A stretch of DNA of 64,000 bases. Source: Azolla caroliniana. Its lineage: Eukaryota; Plantae; Polypodiophyta. The position numbers and the translations under genes are program-made. Under the pieces are notes generated by a model that worked only from the letters and a program-made list of their open reading frames with translations, was not told the origin of the DNA and ran no database searches. The stretch covers positions 13,392,001-13,456,000 of the forward strand of contig JBHGNT010000017.1 in assembly GCA_043228905.1 (NCBI GenBank), read 5' to 3'. Shown piece by piece: positions 45,636 through 59,100 of the stretch; positions within the stretch are counted from its first letter, which is position 1; each line of letters starts with the position of its first letter.

Positions 45636-48600
45636 AACCCTAGATCTGTGCAACCCATTAGTGGTTCCATTCCCTCTAAGCAAGTTAGCAATGTGTTCAT
45701 AGCCCAAGTAACAGTTAGTACTAAAAGTACCCCTCCAGTACATGTCTTAGCACTTCTAGATTCCAGAGCTAATTCTTGCTTGATGGATAGGAACTTTGCC
45801 CAAGCTCATCAAATATCACTCAGAAAACTCCTGTGTCCAACCTCTGTAGTAGTCATTGATGGTCGTCCCATTGCTTCCGGAAATATCATAGAAGAGTCAG
45901 AGCTTGTTAATATTGTCCTAGATAATCTAGCATGTGTAGTATCATTTAATATAATTAGCATCCTAGAACACCCCATTGTTTTAGGATTACCATGGTTCAA
46001 ATTACATAACCCAGACATAGATTGGAGAACAAGAGAAATACGGTATCGAAAAGCTCGAGGGTCTACTCATAAGATTGCAACCATTTTGCTACATCAGTTG
46101 CGGGAAGAAGGACGCAAGGAAGAAATGTTTCTCTTTGCAATATCAGTAAAGCCCTCAGACACCATTAAAGAGGAGTCCACCGTTCAACTTCCAAAGAAGT
46201 ATCATCATTATGCTGATGTGTTCGATAAAGTACAAGCCAATATGCTTCCTCACCATCGACCGTATGATTGCCCCATCGATTTACAACCGGGGAAAGAGCC
46301 ACCATGGGGACCGATCTACAATTTGTCACCAACCAAGCTGGAAGTCGTGGGAGCCTATATAGAGGAGAATTTGGAAAATGGTTTCATTTGGCATTCGAAA
46401 TCTCCAGCTGGCGCACCCATTTTCTTCGTCAAGAAAAAGGATGGATCACTTTGTCTCGTTGTAGATTACCGTGGCTTGAATAAGGTTACAATCAGAAATA
46501 GGTATGCACTTCCCCTTATCTCAAGTCTTTTAGAACGGATCAATGGTGCCAGGTTCTTCATGAAGATCGACTTACGGGGGGAGCCTATAACCTCGTATGG
46601 ATCCGACCAGGAGATGAATGGAAGACCGCGTTTCACACCAGATATGGGCACTTCAAGTATACAATCATCCCGTTCAGCCTCACTAATGCGACAACAGTCT
46701 TCCAGCACATGGCAAATGATATATTCCGAGATCTCTTGGATGTTTGTTTGATCATCTATTTGGATGATCTACTGGTTTATTCGAAGACCCAAGAAGAGCA
46801 TGATTCTCATGTACTGTTAGTACTAAAATGACTACGAGAACATGGTCTTTATGCAAAGCTGGAAAAATGTAGTTTTGGGTGCAACCAGGTGGAATTTTGG
46901 GCTATGTCATTTCCTCGGAAGACATCTCCATGAACCTAGCTAAGGTCAAAACTGTGGTAGTGTGGCAGACTCCGTGTTCGATGCGAGATGTGCAATGCTT
47001 TTTAGGCTTTGCCAATTTTCACCGGAAGTTCATACAAGATTATTCAAAGCTTGTTCTTCCTCTCACACAGCTTACCAGGAAGGGACAATCGTTCGTTTGG
47101 TCTAAAGAAGCAGACATGGGTTTCGAGAGTCTTAAAAAGGCATTTACATCGGCTCCAATTCTAGCTCATGTCGATCCGAAAAAACAATTCATTATCGAAG
47201 CAAACACATCAGATTTCGCATTGGGGAGCATTCTGTCACAACGGGGTAATGATGAGAAGCTACATCCTGTGGCTTTTCACTCACGCAAGTTTGACGCTGC
47301 AGAAATCAACTACGAAATTCATGATAAGGAGCTATTGGCAATAGTGGACGCTTTTACACAATGGAGGCATTTTCTAGAGGGATCCTCTCATCAAGTCACC
47401 ATATTCAATGACCACAAAAACCTTGCCTACTTTCAAGACACTCGTGTGTTAAATCGACGTCAAGCTCGGTGGGCGCAGTTCCTGATGCATTTCAACTTCA
47501 AAATTACATATCGTTCGGGGAAGCACCAAGGGAAGGTAGATGCATTATCACGGCATTCGTACCTAGCACCGCGTCCCGGCAAGCCAGCTTTTGATAACAA
47601 AAAGCAAGTAATCTTGGGACCGACACGACTGCAAGCAACACAGGTCTTTGGCATGCTAATGGATTCCCATGTTATCGATACTATACGTGAGGACTTGAAG
47701 ACCGATGATTTCGCCCAAGCCATTCTAGCACAAATTGACCCCTCTCGAGCATCTTGGTCACAGTCGCAACCACCAGGTACGGACTATCGGCAATTCAAAT
47801 ACCATGATGGATTACTATTCTTTAATGAACTCTTGTATGTTCCTAATGGTTCTTGCTGCCTTCGAGTAGTCCAAAACTTTCATGACACATATACAGCTGG
47901 GCATTTTGGTGGCCTAGTATGCGACAATTTGTCAAAGATTTTGTTCGAACTTGTGATACATGCTACAGAGCGAAAATGCCAAGGCATCATCCATATGGTT
48001 GATTAGAACCATTATCAATTCCAAGCAAGCCATGGCAATCCATTGCTCTAGACTTCATCACAGATCTTCCAGTCTCTAAGGGGTTCAATGCGATTGTAAC
48101 AGTCATAGATCGATATACGAAGATGGCTCATTTCTTGCCATGTACTTAGGAAATATCCAGTGAAGAAACCGTTGAAATTGTCATGCGTGAAGTATGTCGG
48201 CATCATGGCCTTCCCGATAGTATCATCAGCGACCATGGACCCTAGTTTGTATCGAAATTCTGGAAGGAGCTTTTTAAAATGCCCAAGCTCACGTGTAACC
48301 TCTCCTCCGGCTACTACGCACAAACGGATGGCCAAGCAGAACGAACAAATCAAACACTAGAGCAGTATCTTCGGTGCTTTCTAAGCTATCATCAGGACGA
48401 TTGGGTAGATATTCTCCACTTCGCCGAATTTTCCGACAATAACTCTGTCCACGCATCGACTAAAGTTACGCCATTTTATGCTTATACGGGTTCTCACCCC
48501 CGGTGGTGTTTATTTGAAACTCCAAAGTTGTCCACGAATCCTTGCACAGAGGATCGTTTAGAGCGGTTACGCAAGATACAAGCCGATTTATCTACTCATC

Positions 48601-49978
48601 TCCAACAAGATCAACAAACACACAAGGTTTATGCGGATCGTCATCGACTTCCATCTAGTTTTAACATTGGAGATCGGGTATGGCTACTACGACGACACAT
48701 CAAGACTACTCGTCCATGCGAGAAGTTGGATTATCGGCGATGAGGTCCTTTCCGTATTATAGGAAAGATTAATGATATCGCTTTTCGTCTCAATCTACCT
48801 CCGCAACTTTGGATACATCTGGTGTTTCATAGTTCTCTCCTCGAACCCTATCAAGAGAACACCATCCCAGGACGTATTACACAACCTCCACCCCCAATCG
48901 AGCTTGAAGATGGACCTGAGTACGAGGTTGCCGCCATCCTTGATTCCAAGATTGTTCGCAACAAGCTCTATTATCTAGTCGATTGGCTAGGATATAGTCC
49001 CAGCGAGTGTACTTGGGAACCGATAAAGAATGTGACTATTGCTCGTGCTCTTCTTGAAGACTTCCATTGTCAATATCCAGACAAACCGGGTCCTCAATCC
49101 AAAACGACTCGTGACACTCGTCGTTTTAAAGGGGGGATAGTGTCATGATATGGCAAGACTCGAACCCATGACCTTATTTTATAGAAAATTGATGTATATT
49201 CCAGATTTTTGTGGAACATTCTAGAAACTTCTGGAGTATTCCCGAGAACACTATGAAAGGAGGCACAAGGCATTATTTCGAACCAAATTGGTTCAACGCC
49301 AGTCTTAAGCCTCCTAGCTATTATTGTACATTCTGTTCACATAATATATATCTTTTCTTATCATCACTCTCTCTTGATCTCTCGATCTCTCTCTCCCTCC
49401 CTCTCACTCACTCTTTCCTTCTCTCGAGAGTTCTTCACCTCTCTTAGTACTAATACTTCTTTTAGTACAAATTCCTTCTCTGTCTTAGTATTGTTCTTGA
49501 CATGATATGTGTTGGAGGGTTTATTGGCAGAATTTAGATAATAACACGTGTCTTATTGTGGTGAAACAGTGTAAGAAGGCGGGGATATCCACCAAAGAGG
49601 GTGGTGTGTCCACTGATGTGGGTGAGGCTCTAAAACCATCCGAGGGTGGTGTGTTCACTAATGTGGGTGAGGCTCTAAACCCATCTGAGGGTGGTGTGGC
49701 CACTCCACCGAGATGAAGATGACCAAAGATGCAAGTCTGATGGAAGGAGGTCGCGTCAAACACTAATGTTGGCCTCCTAACATCAGATTCAGATGGTGTG
49801 GCATCGAATGTGGCCACAATACAAATTGAGCATGCCAAGGTGGTTAGAATGTGGATCCAAACACCAGACAAACACTTTTCCAAGTTGTTTTTTTGTGAAA
49901 TATAAAATTGTATCCTCTTAAAAGACATTGTGTGTGAGATTTGCATGCAAGTACCAGCTGAAGTGCCAATGACTCGAT

Positions 49979-50520
49979 ATGGCCATTGACATTACAGAGT
50001 CAGATCTGGAGACCATGTGCATGGAAGGAGAAATGGCATCAACATGGACGATGACATTATTCACGTTGTATATGGAGTACTCGTTACCACTTGAGGTGAC
50101 TAAATGGTTCACCATTGTTGACCCACTATGGGTGCAACTACACAAGCAAACGACGAAGGGCCAAGACATCCTTCGGAAGGTGGCTAAACGTGATTTTATC
50201 TTCATTCCGATCGTGGTTCAGGGCCATTGGGTGTTGTGGACAAAGACACGACAGAAGGTTTCCAAGCTGACCAACAAAGTAGTCTTCTGCGATCCACTAA
50301 ACAACATGGCGACTAGCAATGTGTGGAGTCTTGCAGAGATTGCGATTTGGACACATTTCATCTGAACCGTTAGACCACACCATTGTAGCCGAGGGTCGAT
50401 ATCATGTATTACACATCCCAACTTAGCCAAATGGTTGGGATTGTGGCTTTTACATGATGAAGACTATACAGATGTTGATAGAGGAGTTCTTACGAGGATG
50501 GATATCTCAGACTTTTGTAA
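49979..50520 (+). pseudogene. Ulp1/C48 SUMO-protease-like pseudogene carried by a transposon
   Basis: FIFIPIVVQGHWVL..FCDPL, and at about 50420 PT*PNGWDCGFY, the QxNxxDCG motif with CAG changed to TAG. Confidence 0.75.
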
Positions 50521-51479
50521 GTGTAATTGCAGATGTCTTATTCATGTGGTTTACGTATAGTTGTGTTCTTATATATTTGGTGACAGGGCACAGAGATGTG
50601 GTTCACCAAACGTGAAGTGGATTCACTTCGGATTCATGTGGACGAGTGGATAAGAAGGGTCCTAGGATTTGCACCTGCTCCCAGTGGCCCCATATTGTAA
50701 ATTTTGGATTGGCTACAGAAATTTTATCATGATTGTCATGGCCACGCATATTAGACCTTGGTTCTCATATAATGGATATTATGTATATGAAGAATATTGT
50801 AAATATTGTCATATTATTTGTACCAGAGCGGATGTTGTACATGTGGTATTACATTTTGTTATAGATAGATGTTGTAATATGGTCACCACTTTTTGTATAG
50901 CGAGTAGCGACTCATTGTATATCGAAAATTACCGATTAATGGAAAAGTTGTTTATCTCAAGTGTTGGTAATCTTGGTAATATCAAGTGTTGGACTTATGC
51001 CTGATGTGACTTCATTACCTGATGTGACAACCCTCTCTCTCCTTGGTCTAAAAAAGGAGGGAGAGAGGACTGAGCAAGGATTGACGTTTTTTGGAGGACG
51101 AAGTGTTGCCGGTTTGAGTGCCAAGCTCTCTCTCTCTCTTTCTCTCTTACTCTTTTTGTCTCTCTCCCTCTCTTGTAACAACTCTTTCTGCCATTGCCAT
51201 CGCCGTCTGTTGCCGCTGTTGTCTACTACCATCATCGCCGCCATCGCCGTCGCTGTCGTCAGTTCTTGGTCGTCGTCGTCACTGTCGTGTGTAGTCGTTG
51301 CCTCTATCATCGTTGTCCGCCACTGCTATCACCTACGCTTCTGACAATGTCATCGACTGAGTAAAAGAGAGAGCATACATGTGCTTCTACACTCAAACCT
51401 AGCGCGCAAGGCATCGATGCTCGACTAAGTTTTTTCTATCCTCTTTGTCTTTTCGTTCTTTTATCTTTTGATATACAAC

Positions 51480-54400
51480 ATGACTTCTAGACGTAACCAT
51501 AAGGAAACACACAAAGAAATTATAAGTAAGGAAGAATTTTTAGATGTCCTTAACCGTTTAGTTAAATAGAAAAACGGTCGAAAGAGATTGAAGCTGAAAA
51601 ACAAAAAGATAAGGAAGAAAAAGAAGTGATTATTGTTGAAATAATGAAACATAAAGTAGACAACACGAACCTTCAGAAACAAGTTAAGGACCTTGAGACA
51701 TCTAGGGAAGATGGTGAAATATCTTCCCTAGAGGATATTAAGGACGAGATAAAAAAAGGTTAAGGAAGAGGTTAAAAGCGATATGGAATTAGCAAAAACT
51801 GGGTGGGTTGATGTAGTAAAATGTAATATTAAAAAGGAACTAAAGGATGAAAATATTGTAAACACTACCCTTGAGGAGGAAAAAATGTGTCAAGCTCGAC
51901 GCCTAAATGTACGAGTTATTGGGCTCAAGGAAGGGGCATCTCCTAACGAAGATGCACAAACATTAGGGAAAATGTTGGGGTATGAAGCCCTACCAATCAC
52001 TAAAACTTGGAGGGTAGGATGTGACACCACCAGGAAAAGAGCTTTGGTCCTTTAGTTTAAGGACTCAGAATCTAGAATCGCATTTTTTAAAAAGAGACCA
52101 ATTCTTCGAGGATTGGGCGGGGACCCTATCTACCTCGATGAAGACCTAACCAAGATGCAAATTGAGCATCGTAAAAATTGTATGTCGCGAGTCATACAAG
52201 CTCGTAAAGAGGGGCATCGTGCTTTTTACCGAGACGGACGTGTGATAATAAATGATCGTGCCGCCAATTGACGGCGTGTGGCCCATGTGACATACAATAA
52301 ACTTAGGATGACTTTATGGAACTGTAACGGTGCATTTTGGACACACCCTGCTGTCTAGAGGAGATTTTGAAGGTATTTGACATACTTTTTTTAGTAGAAA
52401 CACATCATAGCCCAAATCGAGGACTGCCACGAGTTGACAGTTTTCGTTGGGAATTTGTCTTTAGACAAAACTCACGTCGACATACTACTAGAGGGTCTGG
52501 AGGGTTTGCGATACTATTTCGGAGAGAGATACATAATAGGATAGAAATACTAAAGAAAGACCTAGAAGCCCGTTTTATGTGGGTGAAAGTCCTCACTAGC
52601 AAGGATCAAGTGATATTTATCGCCGTGTGTTACTTCCCCCCGAAAGGATCTTGGTATAATATGGCTGGAGAGGCAAGTATAGTTGATGAAGGAACGTCGC
52701 ATGGGCCTTCTCCATACGAACCTTTACCGGATGACATAATCCGATATTCTTCTCAAGGGGAAGTCTTCCTTGTAGGAGATTTCAATGCGAGAACCTAATC
52801 TCAACAATGCACAATATTTCAAATGGATAGAAACCTTGAAATGGTGAATGTCGACCCTTTAGACTTAGACATAACGCGTACATCAAAGGATCAAGGTGTG
52901 GACACCACAATCTTTGGCCATCATCTGCTTGAACTTGGAAGCCGACACTAGATGATCATATATAATGGCTTAGCCAAGTGGCCGGGCTCGAAAGCGCAGT
53001 CATGTTTCCCACATGGAGGAGGGGAAAGCACAATTGACTACCTAATAGGACGCCCTGAAGCTACCCACATGGTTAACTCCTTCCGGGTGGCCCCATGCCT
53101 CATTGGTGCAGACCATAGCTTCCTATACTTTGAGCTAAAATGCGACACCTCCCACGCCACCAACTCTAGTCAACCAAACCATCACACCATAATACATTTC
53201 ATGCATGAGCTCGCTGACATCTACTCTTGACATGTTCAAGACCATCTCTCCTCTTTTAATTCTTCCTTGCCTTTAGACAACCTCACTACAGAACTCGCAC
53301 ACACCCTTCACTCAGTAGCAATTAGTAGCTTCCCATACACAAAACACTCCAATCATAGTAGAATAGGGTCTATGACACAGAACAAGTGGTATGACGAGGA
53401 TTGTAGAGAGTTGTATAGACAACTTAAAGTGTCGCGACTTAGGGGTACTATTTCCTCAGTATAGGCTCGAAAAGAGATGCGCAAGATGACAGGTCGTAAA
53501 AGACGAGCTTGGCAAGCATCCCAATATTGGGAACTCTACCATATGCTCATGAGTAGGGATTGCGCCCTTGCATGGAAGAGACTACGGGAACCGTGACCAT
53601 AAACACCCATCGAGGATCCCAGTATTTGGCACACATATCGAGAGACTCTACCATGTCCCGAACCAACCACCCATCCCAAGGCCTTCCACACCCTGACCTA
53701 ACATGGGGACACTTTTCACGACCTCTAGGGTCACGAAGGTCATAAACAAATTTTGAGCCGAGCACATCATATATGCTCAAGAGTGCCCAGCCTCCTTTCT
53801 CACTCTAATCTTCAACCGCGCCCTCGCCGAGGGTTTTCCACCAGGGGGGGACCCAATGGACCCAAATACATATAGGACCATTATGATAGGTCATACACTC
53901 GCTAAACTATATGGTGCGGTAATGGAAGCGAACCTCAATGATTATATGGAAACATTAAGTCTTCGAGCACCTAAGTAGGTTGGCTTTAGACGCGCCTTCT
54001 CCACTATTGACCATATCTTCATACTTAGGTGCTTAATTGACCAGACGAAGGCTCATAAGAAGAAACTATAGTGTTGCTTTGTGGACTTCCGCAAAGCCTT
54101 TGACACAGTTCCTAGGGAGAAGTTGTTTGATAGACTTAAGAGCTTGGAGATACCAAATGACATGATCTGGGCCATTTATGCCCTATATGAGCAAGTCTCT
54201 AGGTGCGTAAGATGCCCAAGTGGCCTATCCAATTGTTTCACTAGCACCATTGGTGTAAAACAGGGTTCCCCCTATCATCGACTCTTTTTGGGATCTACAT
54301 TGATGAGATCATTGATTTTATTGCTTGTAAGGGAGGCAAGGGAGTAGCTATTGGGGATATGCAAGTTAGTCTCTTACTCTACGCAGACGACATTGTCTTG

Positions 54401-56157
54401 CCCTTGGAGTCAAAACACGACCTACAAAAGCATCTTAATGCACTAGATGACTTTTGTACACAACGAGGACTGGTAATGAATCTAGCGAAAACTAAAGTCC
54501 TTATCTTTTATACATCGTCCCGAGTTAGGAGTAAATGTCACCTAATCCTCTCATATAAACTAGTTGAGGTAGTTGGATCATATGTATACTTGGGAGTCAC
54601 TTTTAGTGCTCGCTCAGGTAAATTCTCGATGACCCAGGCAGCCAAAGCTAGGCTAACAAGAGGGTATGCATCCCTCTCACTCTTAGAGAGACAATGCCAC
54701 CATGCATACTTTCAAGAGCCACGAACTAAGGGATGGCTCTTCGACTCATTAGTGACCCCCTCCCTCATGTATGCTTCAGTAGTATGGACCCCAGGTCTAC
54801 CATTTTTCATGTGGACGCAATTAGAGAGACCTTTGGTGACGATGTTATCACGTCAACTCCAAAGCAAATCGACAATACCACATGACATTATTAGAGCAGA
54901 GTTCAGTCTGCCCACGATGTTAGTAGAAGCACTATTTCAAGTGGTAGTTTTTATTCATTGGATACATAGCCAACCACAAGATAGGATATCCCGTCAAGCC
55001 TTTGAGGCATCTTGATCCCTACATGCATCTGGAGACACTAGCTCTTGGTATAGCACTGTGGTGAGTTGGCTACTTGCAAACAACATAGACATTAATAACC
55101 TACCCCCCCTTAAGTACAACCATGGAACTGATCAAACTCTAATATCTCATGAAGACCGTAATAAAGTGATACGCCAAGAAATATGGAAAATTTACACTCG
55201 ATATAAATGGATCACCCCACGAGAGCCACTCCCATCGAAAATGTTGTACTATAAGGAACACTTCTTGTACTTCTCTAAGTTAGGTTTTATTACAGGACCA
55301 AGATATCTAGATACATTCTTATCAAATGCACTAAGGGTGGCCATTGGACAACTTAGGATATCATCTCACCAACTTGAGATTGAGAATGGTCGGGCTAATA
55401 GAGTCCCTAGGGAGGAAAGGCTATGTAGGTTGTGCCACATAGAGATAAAGGATGAGTATCACTTCACATGCAAGTGCCCAACTTATGCCGAGATACGAGT
55501 GGAATACCAAGACATATTAGGACCCTCTGCCACCCTCTCAAAACTATTAGATACCCCGGATGTAAAGAGACTAGGTAGGTATATCTTAGAGCTAAAACAA
55601 CATAGGGAGAATAAATTACAAAGTATTAACCATAACCCTTTTACTATTCATCAACTTGTAACTAGTGTAATTTTTCAAGAACAAGGGGAGACGATGAATG
55701 TGGATACACTTACGCTGCTTGGCCTCTCTCTTGAGGAAGCCAAAATGCAAAGAACAACCAAACGCCCTCAGATGTTGGGCTTCAAAACAAGTCGACACGG
55801 AGTAGAAAGGATTAAGAAGATAAGGGAACGTGAGCTACGTCGATTAGAAGCTATGGTTGGGGTACCTTTTACATTGGGGCCACGGGCCACATCCACATCG
55901 AAACCCTTTGACCTTGCTTCTCTTCGAGAGACTTAGATGGAAATGAAATTAGGCCTAGTATAACATCATTTTCATTGTAGAACATGTTTGTTATTTTATT
56001 TTACTAGAATTATTTAGCTTAAAACTCTATTTTTATTTTTATTTTTTATTTTCGATGAATGGGTAAATGTACCATTTTTTGTTGTAAACCATTTGTCTCA
56101 TGGGCCAATTTTGGCCTTAGAAGACATTAATATATCTTTCTTTCATTCTTTCTTTGT
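51480..56157 (+). mobile_element. LINE C, near full length (ORF1 about 51480-52271, ORF2 about 52308-55936), degenerate, RTE-X-like
   Basis: ORF1 LNVRVIGLKE..IYLDEDLT. ORF2 WNCNG, LVET, GDFNART, TIDY, ADH, DFRKAFD, LLYADD, SSHQLEIE..LCRLC..DEYHF..C. 3' hairpin plus (TTTC)n tail. Confidence 0.92.
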
Positions 56158-59100
56158 CTTGTGCCCAGTTCTAGATGGAAAACCTCTACTCGCGCAGGAA
56201 GCCTGTGAGCTCCCGACCAGAGGTTCTTCATTCTGTTTCCCTATGTGTGTGAGTGTGTGCGAACGTCTCTCATGAGTGCTTGGCTTTGCCACCGTCCGCC
56301 CCCGGTTGTACTCCTTGGTTCCCTACTAATCACTTGTCGATTGAGTTCCCTCTCGTGTTGGGGTTCTTGTGTTGCTCGTACTTGTTGCGTGTTAACCGTG
56401 CCCGAGCTCACGTCTTAAGTCCCGTTCCAAACTTTGTTGTGTGCACGTCGGAATCTACAAACCGTACGCCTACCACTACTTCTTAGCTTCCCGACCGGGA
56501 CTGAACCAGCATAACTATCTGGACAAATCCGGAGAAGCTAACCAAACCGTAACACGAGCCTCCCTTCTTCCTTTCCAACTTCTTCGTCCAAGACCCCCGC
56601 GGTCCCGCCCGCTCTAACACGTGCACGCAGAATACCGCAACATCTTGGTGAACCCGACATGAAACATGTGGCAAAGTAGTCCAAGGATGAGAGGAAGCGA
56701 GGTCGCTCAAGCTATGGCGGTAGCCGTTGACCGCCTGGTAAACGCTTGAGAGGGCACGGGTGCCATTGATATGGTCATCGAGGTCATCGTCGGCACGATA
56801 GGCCGATTCAGTGGGAGGAATGAGACAAGCTATCTCGAGGCCTATTGGGACGAGATGATAATGAGGGACACCCTGAAGGATAGACAGTTGTCCATATTCC
56901 CTCGGGTGGTAGCACCGAGCATTCATATGGAGGTGCTCGAGGTACATGTTGGTTGCCAGAATTGGGAGGAGTTCGAAGGACAGCTCCTCAAGAGGTATGG
57001 TTTTGACGACTCGCTTCAGTTGTAAAAACGGGATTTCAGGGAGTGGGTCAAGAGCCCCAGAAAGGGGAAGAACACATCGGTGCTCCTTCATGAGTTTGAA
57101 AAATGATTCGCTCGGCTCTCGGCGCTAGACCGGACCGTGCTCAATCGAGAGAAAGTGGGTCTCCTGGTGGAGATGGATGAAGGACTCATGGTTGATTGGG
57201 CCATGGTGAAAAGGGTTTGTAGCAGTTTCAACAAAAGGCGTGAGTTGAGTGACGCGGGTCCATCGGCAGTAGACCTAACCGTGGGAAAAAGGCCAAAAGA
57301 ATCGATTACGGCTTGGACAAAAAAGACGCCAAGGTGGATTGAGTCATGCGTGGTTCCGACCGGTGTGGTCAAGGGCCCATCTGGGGGTGTGGCTCTGGAG
57401 GAGCTGACAAAGATGGTGTGTGATCTCCAGGTCACGCAAGCACGGAGAGATAGCGGGAGACAATCGTGTGACCGGATGCCTCTGGTCGACCAGCAGTGCA
57501 TGTGGTGTCACGTCGTAAGCCACATCCAAAGGGATTGTGCCGATTTCGTGGAGGCACTTAAGAGCAATGTGGTGTACCTTTGGAATGGACGAGTACACGC
57601 CGAGGATACGTGAAGGGCCTTGGAGGTAAATACTTGTCGTGGCGGGACAAAAAGGTTAATGGAAGAGGTTGCGGCATAGCACGCCGAAACCGTCCATTAC
57701 TCAGCATCATCTGGCATCCGTGTCGGAGGTGAGGACCACAAGACAACAAGAGACTCCGGGTTTTGGTTGTTGGTGCTGGAAGGCCTTTCCGGGGTAAAGT
57801 TGCGGAAGGAAGAGGTGGACCGCGTGAAGAGGCAGGTCCAAGAGGGCACCGGATGGGACAATCCGATAGACGAGAAATCTGGCTTCTTGGAAGCCGCGTG
57901 CCAGAACTACGAGGTTCTGGTGGAAGATAAACAGATCGGGAAGGCAGGAGGGGCCGACACCTCGAACTGGTATGAGACCTGGAACGGGCCGAAGAAAGGC
58001 GACGGAGGCCCAGTATGCCCACGAGAGAAGATGAAGATGTCAGGATTCCAGTTGAGCTCAGAAATAGAGAGAGCAACGGACCTGCAGAAGCTCCTAGAGG
58101 AACAAATCCTGAACAGCCGGATAGAGTTCACCCTGAGGGAGGGATTGGGGATTGCAAAGAAAGAATTCCACGACTCCATCGTGGACCTGGTGAAGCGAAA
58201 GTAGCTCTCGACGGAGCCAGGGCCGGAGAAACCCATGGAGTTGAGGGCGATGCACATCGACAAGGTGGCGGCGGAAGACGAATTTTTGGAGAGCCACTAC
58301 ATGAGGCCGCATTGGGCGAGAGCGACAACGGAACCCTGATCTGGATCAGGGACGTGAAAGAGCCGGTGGTGGCTCTGATTGACCATGAATTCGAAATCAA
58401 CCTAATGTCCATGGACTTCTAGAAAAAAGGGGAAGTGGCCGATCAACACCAGGCACGGGTGAAAAATACGCGTGGCGACCCATGCCATGGAGGAGCTACA
58501 CGGGGCATGCTTGAATGTCCGAGTAAAGGTCGGGGACGTCGAGATAGACCAACACTTTTTCGTGCAAGCAACCTCCTCGCATCCGGTGATCCTTGGCGAA
58601 CCCTACATCACGGCGGCCTGAATGGAGACAAGGGTGTTGGACAATGGTTCGGCGTATGCAAGGGTGAAGAGCTAGGACAAACAGCACTCCGTCCAATTTC
58701 TGACAGTGCGGCCGAACCACGAATGAAATCGTGAGCCTCTCGGCAACAACGGTCAAGAGGATTTTTAGAAGGGACTATCAAGGCGTGGGGCCGCGATAGT
58801 CCGGACACCCCGTAGAATCCCCACACATGTACCATAGGTAGGAAATTTTGGCCCTCCACTAATGGAGGATGTACCATAACCGGCATTCATGGCCGGGAGA
58901 AGAAGCGGGTCAAAGGACGGTTGATGACGTGCGGTGCCTTAGGCTCCGACAACGAGATCAGTGGCGCCATGGAAGCGGTCTCATTCGATGACACTCTCAA
59001 GGAGATCGAGAGGTTGGCCAATAAGGACCTACGCGAAGACCAGATAATTCCGGTCGGTTCATTCGAAATGTACGAAGTCCTTGCGGACTTCAGAATGATG

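Larger units (their letters stand above)
44050..49502 (+). mobile_element. Ty3/gypsy chromovirus C (same family as B), near full length, degenerate
   Basis: LTRs 44050-44431 and 49141-49502, flanks TGATG/TGATA, self-type PBS 44432-44445, PPT AAAGGGGGGATAG. Gag 44525-45603, then PR-RT-RH-IN-chromodomain to 49148. Confidence 0.95.
42075..50700 (+). mobile_element. Probable class II element remnant (MULE- or CACTA-like), interrupted by chromovirus C
   Basis: About 10 subterminal-type repeats TGTGGT(T/C)GCCCAA at 42190-42440, intron-containing degenerate gene fragments and a Ulp1 remnant. Termini were not found. Confidence 0.5.

Noticed and set aside
51020-51400. Missing 5' part of the 56158 LTR, or a host gene 5' end
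   Set aside because: Only a short TGTTGC terminal match and no TSD. It could equally be the LINE C 5' UTR.
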